In this document: positions 27,947 through 41,844 of the stretch, one piece after another | Numbering within the stretch: position 1 is the first letter of the stretch | How the letters are laid out: each line of letters starts with the position of its first letter | Source of the DNA: Eledone cirrhosa | Taxonomy: Eukaryota | Direction of reading: 5' to 3' | Assembly (NCBI GenBank): GCA_964016885.1 | Contig: OZ024747.1 | Coordinates: 91,078,001 to 91,142,000, forward strand | DNA: 64,000 nucleotides | Notes under the pieces: generated by a model | Seen by the model: the letters and a program-made list of their open reading frames with translations, nothing else | Databases searched by the model: none | What the model was told of the DNA's origin: nothing | Made by a program: the position numbers and the translations under genes

Positions 27947-27994
27947 GTTGCTGCTGCTGCTGCTACTGCTGCTACAACAAGAACAAGAACAAGA

Positions 27995-28051
<57 letters not shown>

Positions 28052-28114
28052 GCTGCTGCTGTTGCTGTTGCTGCTGCTGCTGCTGCTACTACTGCTGCTA
28101 CAATAAGAACAAGA

Positions 28115-28181
<67 letters not shown>

Positions 28182-28193
28182 AGGCTGCTGCTG

Positions 28194-28247
<54 letters not shown>

Positions 28248-28300
28248 GTGCATTCTTCTGCTTATGATGATGGTGATGATGATGATGATGATGATGATGT
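27835..28300. repeat. Compound (CTG)n/(CTA)n/(AAGAAC)n/(GAT)n microsatellite with a higher-order duplication
   Basis: The block CTA-run, CTG-run, CAAGAA occurs twice. Confidence 0.9.
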
Positions 28301-28847
28301 CAACGAAATGATATATTTCCTCCATATTACCAACCAAATCCAAATACTATATTTCACAATACAATCTATTTATTACTGGTATCAGAACAAACTAATAAAG
28401 TAATACCGACATTTTCTTTCACGCTACATGGCGCAACAGCCGTTGCAGTCAGTATACATTATTTATATAGAAATTTCCATCACAGTTACTGCATTAGGTT
28501 TCACCACACTTGACGTAATGACGCTAGAATTAACGCCATTATGAACATATTCACATAACAATATATTAGAAAGTTGAAATGGAATTTCATTTAAGACGGT
28601 TTTATTAATTTTTTTTAATGTAGATTTTTTTCACCCCGAATCTATTATGCCATCTATATCTATTTAGATATAGATGGCTACTGCGAAATTGTAACATTTA
28701 TATTCCATTACGGTCATTGCACATTGACCATAGATAAAACCCTTAACTCTCATTGACTTAGATTTTGATTTCCTTACTGACCAATGAGGGGGCCAAAATG
28801 AGCCAACCGTGAACCATCTATCGTGTAGTTGGCCCTGCAAGAAAAAG

Positions 28848-29450
28848 AATGGTTTCTGATTTAGGCACAAGGACAAACATTTTGGGGGAGGGGCAAGTCG
28901 ATTAAATCGACCCTAGTGCGTTAATAGTACTTTATTTTACTGACACCGTAAGGATGAAAAGAAAAGCTAACCTCGGTGGAATTTGAACTCAGAACGTAAA
29001 TGGCCGTAACTCTATGCTGCAAAGCATGGTGTCCAACGCTCTACCGATACTGCCAATCCACCGCCCTCATAATAATAATAATAATTGTTTTTACTTTTGG
29101 CACAAGGCCAGCAATTACCCAGTACATTACTGGTAATTTATTTTATCGACCCCGTAAGGATGAAAGGCAAAGTTAACCTCGACGGGATTTGAACTCAGAC
29201 CGTAAAGGGACGTAATTATGCTAAAAAGCATGGCGTCCAACCATCTACATATACTGCCAATTCACCGCCCCTGTGATAATAATAATAATAATGATTTCTT
29301 CTTTAGGCACAAGGCCAGCAATTTTGGGGGAGGGGAAATCGATTAAGTCGACCCAGTACTTTATTTTATCGACCCCGTAAGGATGAAAGGCAAAGTTAAC
29401 CTCGGCGGGATGTAATTCTATGCTATAAAGCATGTTGTCCGATGCTCTAA
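28848..29450 (-). mobile_element. Three tandem SINE copies separated by (AAT)n
   Basis: Family consensus on the minus strand. Confidence 0.9.
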
Positions 29451-31039
29451 GAAATATAGAAATAAATGATAACAACATATTCCTGAAACCTTATTTTTTT
29501 TAAAGGAATGGATAAATCGGATTATGTGAATCTGGTGAACATTGCAAAAGAGACAGATGAGATGGTCACACCATTGTAAATGAGATATCACGATATTGTA
29601 AATGAGAGGTCGAAATCATTTCAGCCAACCAGACGTGATGAAGCCATTACTCGGTTAATGGATCCGCTATAAATAGCAACTAATGCCCCATGCTCCAAAC
29701 TACACCCCTCTCTCTTTAAAAATTAGACACATTGAATAATGTAGTCTCGATACACTATTCCTAACAGAAGATAAGATGGTCATAGAACTCTCCAATCATA
29801 GCAGACTTGAAGCTAAACAACAACTACGATAGAATGATATGATAGATTAGATAGGAATTTCATAATTTTGAAATGGCTGGTGGACCAGTTAGTATCTATA
29901 AAGTTGATTTATATTGAAGCAGCGCCAATTTTATATTTTTCTAGGGAAGAAAATGGAAATTTTATTTGATCGTGCCTAGATTTGAACTCAACTCACAAAA
30001 TCAACAAAACTATATTCCATTACCTTTGTCTATTACAACGATTAAATATCACACGACTGCTAGTATAGTTTCTCTCATATCGATGTTTAACCGCCTATAA
30101 TATTTTCTCCAAGGATTTTATGTTAATTCCCTGCTCCAAAGAGAAAATGATAGCTTTTTGATTGATTATTTACCCTTCCAAGACTGACCTTTAAACCCTG
30201 AAGCTCTTGAAAGGATATTTTAGTAATGGATTTTCTTTTATAAGACAATTTTAATATCAGTTTTGTTTATTTTATATTAATTACTTCAATCTCGTTAAAT
30301 ACTAAATTAGAGCATCTTTTATGTGTTTTTTTTCATCCTTTCAATAAACTCTTTCCGTTATTTTGTAAACAATAGGTTGTCGTTATTATTCCAACCCTTT
30401 ATCTACCCTCAGTATTAAACTTCATTTTCTTCTCTTTCCCATAAATCTACTTCCAAAACAGACAGATCATCAAATATTATTTAGATCGTATTTTCTCCAT
30501 GACTGCTTCCATTGTAACTCTGAATAAAACATATATTACCCCCTTTATAATTAGTGCTGTATAAACACCAGGAGATAATACAGATAGTGGAGTCGATAAC
30601 ATGGCAGATCACCAGCCGAAAGGTCGTCAGTTCGTATACTGCCAAAACACTGCTCTGTGCTCGTCAATACTATAAATAACTCTCAAATATCTTAGTCTAT
30701 TCTGACAGAAAGTAGACAATTCTGTAGGTTTTTTAACGATGCTGTGTTAGTTACTCATCTTGAAAGTGTAATGAGTTGGCTAATTTATTTTTAGATAGGC
30801 GTATAAGAACAAGCCAAATAATAAAGTTGCATTCATTTCTGAAAATATTTTAACGGCTGCTTTCAGTATTATAAGTTGAGGGCTTTAGCTATGGACAATA
30901 TACAATGACCGTAATGGGATATGAACGCTACAATTACGCAGCAGTGATCTATATCTAAATAGATATAGATGACATAATATATTCTCATGAAGAGAACGAG
31001 CAACAATGTAGAGTTACGTGGCAACATGAAACAGTGAAG

Positions 31040-31335
31040 CAGACCTGCCAACCTCTAAAAACCAAAAATGAGGTGTGCCATGAAAAATAGTGGCCCCAAA
31101 TGGGGAGAAATGAGGCAAAAGGGGGAGATTTTACATAATTGTTTCTACTTTAGGCACAAGGCCAGCAATTACCCAGTACATTACTGGTACTTTATTTTAT
31201 CGACCCTGTAAAATAAAGTACCAATAATGGGGAGATTTTACATAATGAAAGATATACTCATTTTCACAAGAGAAGACATATCTGACCTATCCCAAAGTGG
31301 GCGGGTGATCTCCCCGTCGGTCGTTGACAGGTCTG
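31040..31335. mobile_element. MITE with 13-bp TIR and 6-bp TSD, containing a SINE fragment
   Basis: gtgaag|CAGACCTGCCAAC ... GTTGACAGGTCTG|atgaag. A second copy lies at 44439-44633. Confidence 0.7.
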
Positions 31336-31697
31336 ATGAAGTACAGATTAAACAATATAGAGTAATAGAGTAGAATCTATGGAATAAATATAATACCTCG
31401 AGGGAGAAAATAAAGACTAACGTTTCAGAAAGAAGGGTATTTATCTCTTGTTAATTATAATTAATTAATTTAATAGCAGTTCGAGATGCATATGGCCAAA
31501 TCAATGAGGTATCGGACAAAAACCTGATTGATCAACTGGTATTTTTGATAAAAATACATTTAATGTAACAATTACAAAAATATTTATTCGGTCGGATCAA
31601 AGAAAAGAAAATTTTTGAATATACCCTTAAATATACCCTTTTTACTATAATGTTTGATGTGTATGGAACTTTACCCCATTTTTCAATTATATACATA

Positions 31698-31771
<74 letters not shown>

Positions 31772-32074
31772 AACAGCACTTAATTATTTGTGATACCGAA
31801 GTGTTGAAACACAAAATCAAATACGACAGCAAATTCATTAATAACCATATGAATTAGTTGGAGGTTATTCTCTTCTGTATGTAGTCCATCACCATTGCTA
31901 ATCTGAACTATATTTTTATGCTTCTAGACGTCTGCTTCTACAACCTTTTCCCTTGATGCTTCTGATACACTGACAGTAAAATCAACCCAATGAAACTATA
32001 TTGCCTCATAACTGTTACCAGACCAGACCAGACCAGAAGATCAATAATTCTACAGTTATATCGTATTGCGTGAA

Positions 32075-32345
32075 AGCGCGTGGCTTATAGGTAAGGTGAT
32101 TGCTTCATGATCTTGAATCTGTGAGTTCGTGTCTTTGGGGAAAACCCTTTATTTCCCGTTATTGCAGTCCATTCAGCTGAAAAACAAAATAGATGTACCT
32201 GTAAATTAAATGGGCCAGCAGTGTCACACGCTGAGCACTAATGAACCACCTTGAGAAATGCGTTTAGGGTACAGTTACATTTGTGTGTAGAATACTCAGC
32301 CACTCGCATGCTAAATATGCTAGCAGGCTTTTCCATTGCTCAAAA
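32075..32345 (+). mobile_element. Older, different tRNA-derived SINE (degraded relative near 20260-20560)
   Basis: A-box-like GTGGCTTATAGG and B-box-like GAGTTCGTG. The tail shares TGTCACAC..CTGAGAA..CAGCCA with the 20.4-kb copy. Confidence 0.45.
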
Positions 32346-32416
32346 AACTGATGCACACGCAATCGGAACAGGGGCTCGGCTAAGAACATGTATGAGATAA
32401 CAATTTTTAATATAAC

Positions 32417-32585
32417 TGTTTCTACTTTTGGCACAAGGCCAGCAATTAATGGTACTTTATTTTATCGACCCCGTAAGGATGAAAGGCAAAGTTAACCTCG
32501 GCAGGATTTGAACTCATAACGTAAAGGGCCGTAACTATATGCTGCAAAGCATGGCGTCCGACCCCTACCGATACTGCCAATCCAA
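32417..32585 (-). mobile_element. SINE, short form
   Basis: Family consensus. Confidence 0.85.
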
Positions 32586-32595
32586 CAATTTGTAA

Positions 32596-33547
32596 TCTAT
32601 ATATATATAAAACTGTGGTTGTCTGTCTGTCTATCGATTTTTGGCACACATCTCCTCTTAGAATCTCTCACGGAATTGCACCGAAATTGCTATACTTGTA
32701 CATTGAGCCCTAGCGAAGACATCGGAAAAAAAAAATTCAAATTGACCCACCCTATGTGACGAAATCGAATATAATGTATCGATTTTTGAGCGTAAGTTAT
32801 CAGTTATTTCCCTTTGTTCTGTTTACATTGAGCGTCTTACGTAAAAAATTACGCTGGCTTTCTCAGCGTTTAAAATGACATTAACACACGAACACTAAGC
32901 TTCCGTTTTGCTTCATTTCCATTTAAAAGCATTTTAAAACAATATTTTTACTTGAAAACAAGTCTATTTAAAGACTACGTAAAACAAGCAAATATTTCGT
33001 CGTTAGGCGTGCAGACAGACAGTCGTGCAGACAGACAGTCGTGCAGAGAGGTGATATACGCGTGCAGACAGATAGTCGTGCAGAGAGGTGATATAGGCGT
33101 GCAGACAGACAGTCGTGCAGAGAGGTGATATAGGCGTGCAGACAGACAGTCGTGCAGAGAGGTGATATAGGCGTGCAGACAGACATAACTGATAATTTGG
33201 TTACGCTAATGTTTTTCTCTGCGTTGCAGTGTTTACATTTTCGATCTTTGTTAATAAATAACCAGTGCAGTTTTTATCCCCAGCATCCTCTTTTGTTATA
33301 ACATTCGGGTTGTAGTGCACCTGAGCACTGTACACAATAATTTCATTATTATTATTATTATTCGGGTTATCGTTATGTTTTCTTAACTTCATAAGGCATA
33401 TTGTTGGTTGAGGGAATATTAATCAAAAACACCACATGCAAGTCTGCACAGTAGACACTACAGTTTTTAAGCCAAAAAAGAAACTTAACATTGTAACTTT
33501 AACACAGCTACTGAGCGACCCCGAGCAACGCCGAGCTTTACTGCTAG
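32596..33547 (+). mobile_element. Non-autonomous Helitron-like element with internal minisatellite (33005-33183)
   Basis: 5' A|TCTATATATATATAAAA, 3' GC-rich CCCGAGCAACGCCGAG then CTAG|T, no TSD, and internal repeats of GCGTGCAGACAGACAGTCGTGCAGAGAGGTGATATAG. Confidence 0.65.
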
Positions 33548-33999
33548 TATTATATACAACCATAGGGCAGTGAATTTGCAGTATTAACAGAGTGTCAGCC
33601 AACATACCTACCGGCATACAGTTACGGCCCTTTGCGGTCTGAGTTCAAATCCCACCTAGGCTATCAAGGTTATCAAGGTTAGGTATCAATCTCTGGTTTT
33701 GTTATGAGTTGAAGAAGCTGGATTCTTATGGAATACCAAATTATGTTTATGAGTTGTTTAAACTCATTAACATACAGAGCGGTTGCTAGCCCAGCAACAA
33801 TTAGAAATTTCTGTTAGAGCTATGAAAGAGCGATGTATATATGAATGTACGTATTGTATATATATATGTGTGTGTATGTATGTATATATATATATATATG
33901 TGTGTATGTATGTATGTATGTATGTATGTATGTATGTATGTATGTATGTATGTATGTATGTATGTATGTATGTATGTATGTATGTATGTATGCATTATG

Positions 34000-34628
34000 G
34001 TCAGGTCACCAGTTGGTGCTACTGGTAACATGTATCCCAGTACAACCTGTCTCATGGTCGGGTCGTTGGCGACTAAACTGGCAAACACACCAAGGTTTCT
34101 TGGTGAGGAGGGGGACTTTGGACATCCTGCAGGACTAAAAACAAAACCTGTCAAAGGGCAAAGGAACTCTTAAGAGGAACTCTTAAGAGTCAATGGCCAT
34201 CCAAAATCACCGGGAGAGATGACCCCTTAGCCTTTGTCAAGGCAGAATTCTAGGAGAAGGAAAACTCTGATATAACACCTGCAACCCTAATGGTATCCAA
34301 TGATGTTGACTTGTTCTTCTTTTTGGTAAATATCATCTTGGTTAAGAGAGTGGGACTGGCTTTGTGCAGTGCCTTTGCTTACTATAAAAGCTTCACGGCA
34401 CAAGCATTGCTTATATATCTGGAGATCTCTCTGCACTTGTCGTCACATGGTACCATGGGCCCAGCACTATGTGTCAATAATTGTCACAAATGTAGTGTTT
34501 GTACCAGAGTTTTCAAGTCGCTGGCTGGACTAAAAAGTCACACTCGTTCAGCGCATCGGTAGGGGTTCTCCTACATCTACATGGATATAAAGTAGTGGCC
34601 GTACTCGAAAACGAGTTGGCAGCCACCA
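34000..34628 (+). mobile_element. RTE-derived non-autonomous element, second full copy
   Basis: Matches 17164-17771. It carries the remnant frame [22 protein letters not shown]. Confidence 0.7.
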
Positions 34629-34630
34629 AG

Positions 34631-34738
<108 letters not shown>

Positions 34739-34741
34739 TAT

Positions 34742-35217
34742 ACATCAAGCTTGTTACATACACTTTCCGTACTCTTCCATGTCTCACGGGCATATATCGC
34801 TGTTGGTACTACAATGGACATGTAAACACGGAATCTGACGGCGTTGCCGATGGAACACCTGGACCATACCATCGTTGCATTCGGACCATATTGAAAATTT
34901 CATGGAGAGACCAAGTTAGCAACGAGGAAGTGATGAGGAGGTCAGGATTGGAGAGGTTAAGGGACATTGTCCGGAAAAGGAGACGGTGGTTCGCGGGCCA
35001 TATCGTTCGTTTGCCGGCAGATCGACCTGCTCATATTGCCATGGATTGGGTACCAGAAGGTGGCAGGAGAGTACGGGGAAGACTACAAAAAACATGGCGG
35101 ACCTGCGGGAGATGGGAATTACCTGAAAAGGTGCTAGGAGGGCCGCCAGTGACAGGATTAAGTGGAGAAAGCTCGTCGCCCAATGTTCAACAAGGGACTG
35201 AAGGAACTAAGACTAAG

Positions 35218-35221
<4 letters not shown>
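34742..35221 (+). mobile_element. RTE-clade LINE 3' end with 5' inversion, inside (TA)n
   Basis: Plus strand: [45 protein letters not shown] with tail CTAAGACTAAGTCTAA. Minus strand: [20 protein letters not shown]. Confidence 0.85.
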
Positions 35222-35283
<62 letters not shown>

Positions 35284-35295
35284 TGAACTCCTACG

Positions 35296-35880
35296 TATTC
35301 TGGAGCATGAAACCGCGGTAAAGGCACATATAGTAAGTACAGCGAATTTTTTAAAATTTATTAAAAAACTTTTTTGCTATTTGCTAGACTTTGATTTTAT
35401 ATGTTCTGGCTTGTTAATTTATTAACCCGCCAAAGAACCATATTGGCATACGGTTGGATAATACTTGTTTCCCTATATGTATTTTTTACACGTAGGATCT
35501 CCGACTTTATTATTATTGATCTCCCCCTAAAGTACAGATAAAATTTTGGCCGTTTGGACTGCTGCTATTTCTAGTGGCAGGACATTGACCTGTCTACCCT
35601 TCCTTTTGTCTTTGCACACGGCACCAGAAAGAATTATTTCTTTCATCATCCGCTCTCATTTGGGAATGGTTTTGTATGGCGTCAGTTTATGATTTGAACT
35701 CGGGAATTATATATTCTCCGAGGGAGAAGAGCCTTCTGAAGATTGGTCCTTTCTCAATGGAAATCCGCTTGGATTTTCTGTTTATTCTGGAGCATGAAAC
35801 CGCGGTAAAATCACATATAGTAAGTACAGCGAATTTTTTTTTATTTATTTCAAAACTTTTTCTCTATTTACTAGACCTTG

Positions 35881-35887
<7 letters not shown>
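35296..35887 (+). mobile_element. Non-coding HHR mini-element, 487-bp unit with about 100-bp terminal direct repeat, inside (TA)n
   Basis: TATTCTGGAGCATGAAACCGCGGTA...CTAGAC.TTGATTTTATAT at 35296-35402 and 35783-35888. Confidence 0.8.
35731..35812 (+). ncRNA. Hammerhead motif (35 kb family)
   Basis: GCCTT-CTGAAGA-TTG.TCC...GGAGCAT-GAAA-C-cgcg-G-TA. The 3' stem I strand is AAATC here but AAGGC (a perfect match) in the upstream repeat. Confidence 0.65.
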
Positions 35888-35971
<84 letters not shown>

Positions 35972-36826
35972 GCTAGTAGTAGCAGTTATGTGTGATGTAA
36001 GCGATGAATATTCACGTAGAACTAATAAGTGGGTTAATGATGATATATATACCAATATAACACAATGGCTGTTGACAGGAAGTTTTATTGCCTACTCCGT
36101 GACTGTTTTGGGAGTATATAATTCTTCCCCAGATTTCTGTTCTTATCGACAAGCTAGAGCTGAGGCTGGAAATATAAGAGCTCGTATATCTATTGTATTT
36201 TCAGCCACCCAATTATTCTCTAAATTTTAAAGTAATGTTCTGTTTCCTACTGATGTGTGCCTCTGCTAATAGGAGGTTTACAGTCATTTCAATGTTGTGC
36301 AATACTATTCTGTGATATTTGGCTTTTCTGGAATGCTACATGCGGTGTTGTATTCTTCTAGTTTCATTGATAAAGCTTATATTCTGCTGACTTCCTTAAA
36401 CGTAACTGTCATTTGGTATGACTGGTTAATTTGTAAGCAACATATATGTCTTCTTAGATGTAAGTGGCGGCGATTGTAGCTATGGGTCTCAGGTGTCTAT
36501 TGCTGCTTTTGTGCACGTTGTTGTCTCTAATGAATAAGGCACCATAGTCCCTCATTCATGCCCTTAATATGTTGAGACTAAGTTGATAGTTGTTGCGTGT
36601 TTTTACTGGAGAGATAATACTATGTGCAAGCTGACGTCATGCTGATTTTCTTATTAAAATGTCAATTTTTGTATTTTCTCGGCTCCTTTTATTGAATAAA
36701 TGCCTGATGGAATTTTTATGAGATGTTACGGAGATATGTAGATATATTAAGGATTCAGAATTATGAGAAAGTAAAACAACCAGGAAAATTGGAGTCCAAG
36801 GGAAGCATTGTAGATTTGCGTAAAAT

Positions 36827-37548
36827 AATTGTTTCTACTTTAGGTGCAAGGTCAGTAATTACCCCAGTGTATTACTGGTACTTTATTTTATCGACCCCGT
36901 AAGGATGAAAGCCAAAGTTAACCTTGGCGGGATTTGAACTCAGAACGTAAAGGGACGTAACTATGCTCTAAAGCATAGCGTCCGACCCTCTACCGATACT
37001 GCCAATTTACCGCCCTTTGCCAATTCACCGCCCTTGATTTCCATAAAGTTATATACTTTTGTGTATTGTGAGAACATTTCCGACGTTTCGAACCAGGATT
37101 TATCTGATTAAAGTGTTAGAAAATACCTTTTCTCACAGAATACAGTTAATCTGCCCTTGCGTTATGAATATATATAAAAAAAAAAAAAGTGATTAATTGT
37201 TTGAAGTGCAAAACCACATTCAACATTCCGTTAAGTTTGATGGAGATCATGTTAACTTTTTTGGAAAGCTACTTTAAGGGATTTGTTCCAATGTTATTGG
37301 GTGATAGCCGTACTCGCAGCACATCATTAGTAATAATTGTTTATACTATAGGCACAAGGCCAGCAATTTTGGGAGAGGGGGAAGTCAATTAATCGACCCC
37401 AGTGCGTTACTGGTACTTTATGTTATCGACCCCGTAGGAATGAATGGCTAAGTTAACCTCGGTGAAATTTAAACTCAGACCACAAAGGGCCGTAACTCTA
37501 CGCCATCATAGTGTCCGACGCTCTACCAATTCTTTCAATCCACCACCT
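36827..37548 (-). mobile_element. Two SINE copies (36827-37033 short form, 37334-37548 long form)
   Basis: Family consensus on the minus strand. Confidence 0.85.
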
Positions 37549-38057
37549 TACATCATTAGTAACAATAAATGTGATGAAATTAGAATGAGGTTTTAAACAA
37601 CATTTCAACACTCTATACACTGAAATGTTTGATTAGCAGTCTTGGAACAGTTTTTTATGTCATTCAACTCATGAAAATATCTTCAGTCAAAATTGCCTGA
37701 CATTTTCCATTTGCAATTTTCCTGTTCGTTAATAGTCGATCAAGTTAAATTTGTATATAATACCTTAGCGAACATCGCATCAATGGACAATAATGCTGAC
37801 CACGGTTTATGTGAGTTATCTATGAAAATGAATTTGACCATCACATAAATGTATTCATTAATACACAAGACGTCAGTCCCAAGCACAGTTTTTAAGACTT
37901 GAAAGATTAAGGTCAACGTTATTGTACTGAACGCTATGCGACTATTGCATAAAGATACATCGAAAAATGTACAGGGAAATATCTATACTAAGCTCCTAGT
38001 TTCAGAAAAGAAGCAACCTTCTATATGTACTACACACACACATATATATATATATAT

Positions 38058-38224
38058 AGGAAAATGTATAACCTCGACGGCAGAGCTCTAGTCGTTTCGA
38101 CGTTGAAACGACTTGAGCTCTGCCGTCCGGGTTATACATTTTCCTATTACCCACTCTACTACCCTAAGTATTGAGTATTCTGGGTGCGTTATGGTCCATC
38201 TGGTTCCTTACCACACTTCGTTCG

Positions 38225-38228
<4 letters not shown>
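38058..38228 (+). mobile_element. Family X copy with fold-back 5' arm
   Basis: aggaaaatgtataacc..gtcgtttc|gacgtt|gaaacgac..ggttatacattttcct, followed by the family X tail. Confidence 0.75.
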
Positions 38229-38260
<32 letters not shown>

Positions 38261-38450
38261 ATAATAATAAATTTGAAGACTAAAATCCAAAGAGGGCTCG
38301 ATAAGGATAAATATATATCAAATATATAAGAACCGTAGAGCAAATATTTATTAAAAGCAGCGATTCTTTGCTTAAACTTTAATCTGTTATTTTAATAAAT
38401 ATAAATATATATATATATATAAATATATAAATATATATAAATATATATAA

Positions 38451-38780
<330 letters not shown>

Positions 38781-38864
38781 TATATATATATATATATAAA
38801 TATATATATAGTGAAAGAATGAATAGTAACATGGTTGGCTGTACAATAAGGGGCTTTATTTCAA

Positions 38865-38975
38865 GTACTGACAATTGTTTCGTTGATCAGGTGAGTCTAG
38901 AAGTCGCTAATCGCTTGAAGTTGCGTCATTAAATCTCCAATACATTATTTACCTCTGGTCAACACATCAGAGTAC
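38865..38975 (-). ncRNA. Hammerhead motif with core substitution A9U, possibly inactive
   Basis: GTACT-CTGATGT-GTTGA.CAG...CTG.TCAAC-GAAA-C-aatt-G-TC-AGTAC. Confidence 0.65.
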
Positions 38976-39859
38976 GTGGATATAAAAATAATTCACTCGA
39001 GGCAAGACATATATAGAATATATAAGAATAGCGTATAAGCCAAACAATAACATCAATAATAAAACATATATGGTAAATAGGTAGAGAAGTTACAGATGTA
39101 AAAAGTGAAAAGTAAAAAGTAAAAGATAAGATAGGATACATTTAAAAAATAAGAAAATGAGAAAATGGAAAATATAAATAAATAAATAAGGATAAGTGAG
39201 AGCATGTAAGTACAGAGTAAGTGTTCTTATAAGGATTGATTGGTGGATTTAGTGCTAACATGAAAACCAGATTCAAGATATACATAGATACGTGTAGATG
39301 GGCTGATGTAGTGACAGATGAAAGAAAAAGGAAAAGAAATAAATTAGAGATTAATTTGGGAATACATGTATGAGATTTACGGGCTAGGGGTGAAGGGAGG
39401 TTTGACAAACGTTTGTTGTAAATGTTTTGCTGAGTGTTCTATCTTAATGGGGTTGATGCTGTTTCAGTGAGAGAGGGTGAAGAGATGTTCAAAGATTTAT
39501 GATCCAGTGACCAGTTGGCCGTTTGACAGCTAATAGCAGTGCGATGGTGTGTATTCTATATGCTAAAGTCTAGGTGGTTCAGTTTTAATTTTGGGATTGC
39601 TGGTTCAAATCATGGTGGTTTGAAGTTTGTGAATGTGGTAGCTATTTTATGCCTACATATATATAATGTTGAGATGTGACAGACGAGTTGATATATACTA
39701 GTAAAATACGAAAAACAGTAGAAAATGGTATATGGGATTTTCTCATAGAATACGAGCAGAACATATTTAAAAATTCCTTTTTTTTGTAAATAAATATGTT
39801 GCTGTTATTATATGAGAAAATCACATTAACCTTTTCTACTGTTTTTCTTGTTTTTACTA

Positions 39860-39954
<95 letters not shown>

Positions 39955-40074
39955 GAGGTGAGTTTTATTGTAGCACAATAAAGCAATGCAAATATCGGAT
40001 AAGCAGCACTCAACAGTTTATAGGACAGGAGTATAAATAATATAAAATCAAAAGATGGTTAAAAGAGTTCCATG

Positions 40075-40145
40075 TATTTTATTATGCGCATTTCAAAAAC
40101 AAATATCATCATGGGATGATATTTGCGTTCTCATCAGATAAAATA
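40075..40145 (-). ncRNA. Type I hammerhead ribozyme (40/57 kb family)
   Basis: TATTTTAT-CTGATGA-GAAC-GCAAATATCATC-ccat-GATGATATTTGT-TTTT-GAAA-T-gcgc-A-TA-ATAAAATA. Confidence 0.82.
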
Positions 40146-41075
40146 GGGAGACATGATATGAAGCTTAAAAAACAATTGCGCGCAGTGAAGTGTTAAATCA
40201 ACATATGAAAAATAAAATTAGAGGGATATATCAGATTGGAAAAAAGGAAAGGAAGGGGGGGGGGGAAGGTAAGGAAGAGGAAGAAAAAATATATAGATAG
40301 AAAAAAAAAATATAATAATAAGGAAAGGATGATGGAGGAGGAGTATAAGAAGGAAGGATGAGAGAGGAGGAGAAAATGAGTGAGAGAGAGAGATAACCTT
40401 TAATACTGAGAAACACTGTCTCACAGAGAGAAATTTAAAAAAACCATTGTAAGTTAATACATAATCTAAAAAAATTTAGAAATTAAAAGTTAATGAGGTT
40501 TATGAATGGTGATGCTTATGAAAAAAGAAAAATGAATTAAGAATACTATTTATTTATATTGAAGGGTTTAATAAGATGTGCGAAAAGGAATTTATTAAAA
40601 TGTATTATTAAAATAAAATATATTAAGAAGATAAGATGAATAAAGATAAGGTTAAATGAATTATGAACTTAGAGGAATTAATTAGGGTCCAAGTTTGTTT
40701 CAATATATTGTAATAGGAAAAAGTAAATAATAGATTTAATACGAGCATGGAAGGAGAGAAGAAAGAAAAAATTCAAGGAAGAAAAAATATATAACGTCAA
40801 AAAAATATGTTTACAAAATTTCTCTAATGGTAATATTAGTATATATTAAAAATAAAAATTTGTATGGCCGAGAATATAAGGAAAATGCTATAGTGAGTTA
40901 TAAGATGAATTAAGAAGTAATTGAGAAGTAAAGGTTGCAGATTAAAGATTAGAAATTACATTTTTTTTCTTCTTTTTTAATTTCTAATCTTTAAGCTGCA
41001 ACTTTTACTTCTCAATTACTTTTCATGTCTTAACCACGAATTGGATTACAATAAGCAATTTTCTGCTTCCCTAAC

Positions 41076-41151
<76 letters not shown>

Positions 41152-41264
41152 GTATATATATATATGTATATATATATATGTATATATATAAATGTATATG
41201 TATATATATATATAAAATAAAGTTAAATAAAAAGTCAAATGATTAAAATTTAGCTTCGTTTATT

Positions 41265-41319
41265 ACTGCTATATATATTTCAGTGACAGCCATCTTTGGC
41301 TGTGACCTCTTCAGGCAGT
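41265..41319 (-). ncRNA. Hammerhead ribozyme (41 kb family)
   Basis: Exact reverse complement of 41399-41453. Confidence 0.8.
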
Positions 41320-41398
41320 TTGAATTAGTATGGTATAGACAAGTACATATGTACTTGTCTATACAACATATGTACTTGTCTATACCATACTAATTCAA

Positions 41399-41453
41399 AC
41401 TGCCTGAAGAGGTCACAGCCAAAGATGGCTGTCACTGAAATATATATAGCAGT
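41399..41453 (+). ncRNA. Hammerhead ribozyme (41 kb family)
   Basis: ACTGC-CTGAAGA-GGTC-ACAGCCA-aaga-TGGCTGT-CACT-GAAA-T-atat-A-TA-GCAGT. Confidence 0.8.
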
Positions 41454-41602
41454 AATAAACGAAGCTAAATTTTAATCATTTGACTTTTTATTTAACTTTA
41501 TTTTACACTACTCAGGAGTAACCAAACCAACCTGCGCACTTCGTCGAGTGCTCCAGCCTGCATACTGAGGTGTTGGTATACAACCAACATAAACTCAAAA
41601 TC

Positions 41603-41693
<91 letters not shown>

Positions 41694-41804
41694 ATGCTTT
41701 GGGAGGGTCATGTTGCCAACAAGAAACACCCACCCAAAGCATAACAATATCGGTTTCAACACACGTTTTCAGATAAAGAATCTTGCTAAAGAAATTCAGA
41801 AACG

Positions 41805-41844
<40 letters not shown>

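Larger units (their letters stand above)
41213..41505. repeat. Palindrome with about 140-bp arms carrying two divergent hammerheads
   Basis: 41213-41350 is the reverse complement of 41367-41505. The left flank is (TA)n. Confidence 0.9.

Noticed and set aside
37075-37142. Minus-strand CTGTGA..CGAAACGTC
   Set aside because: The core lacks a base and stem I is unconvincing.
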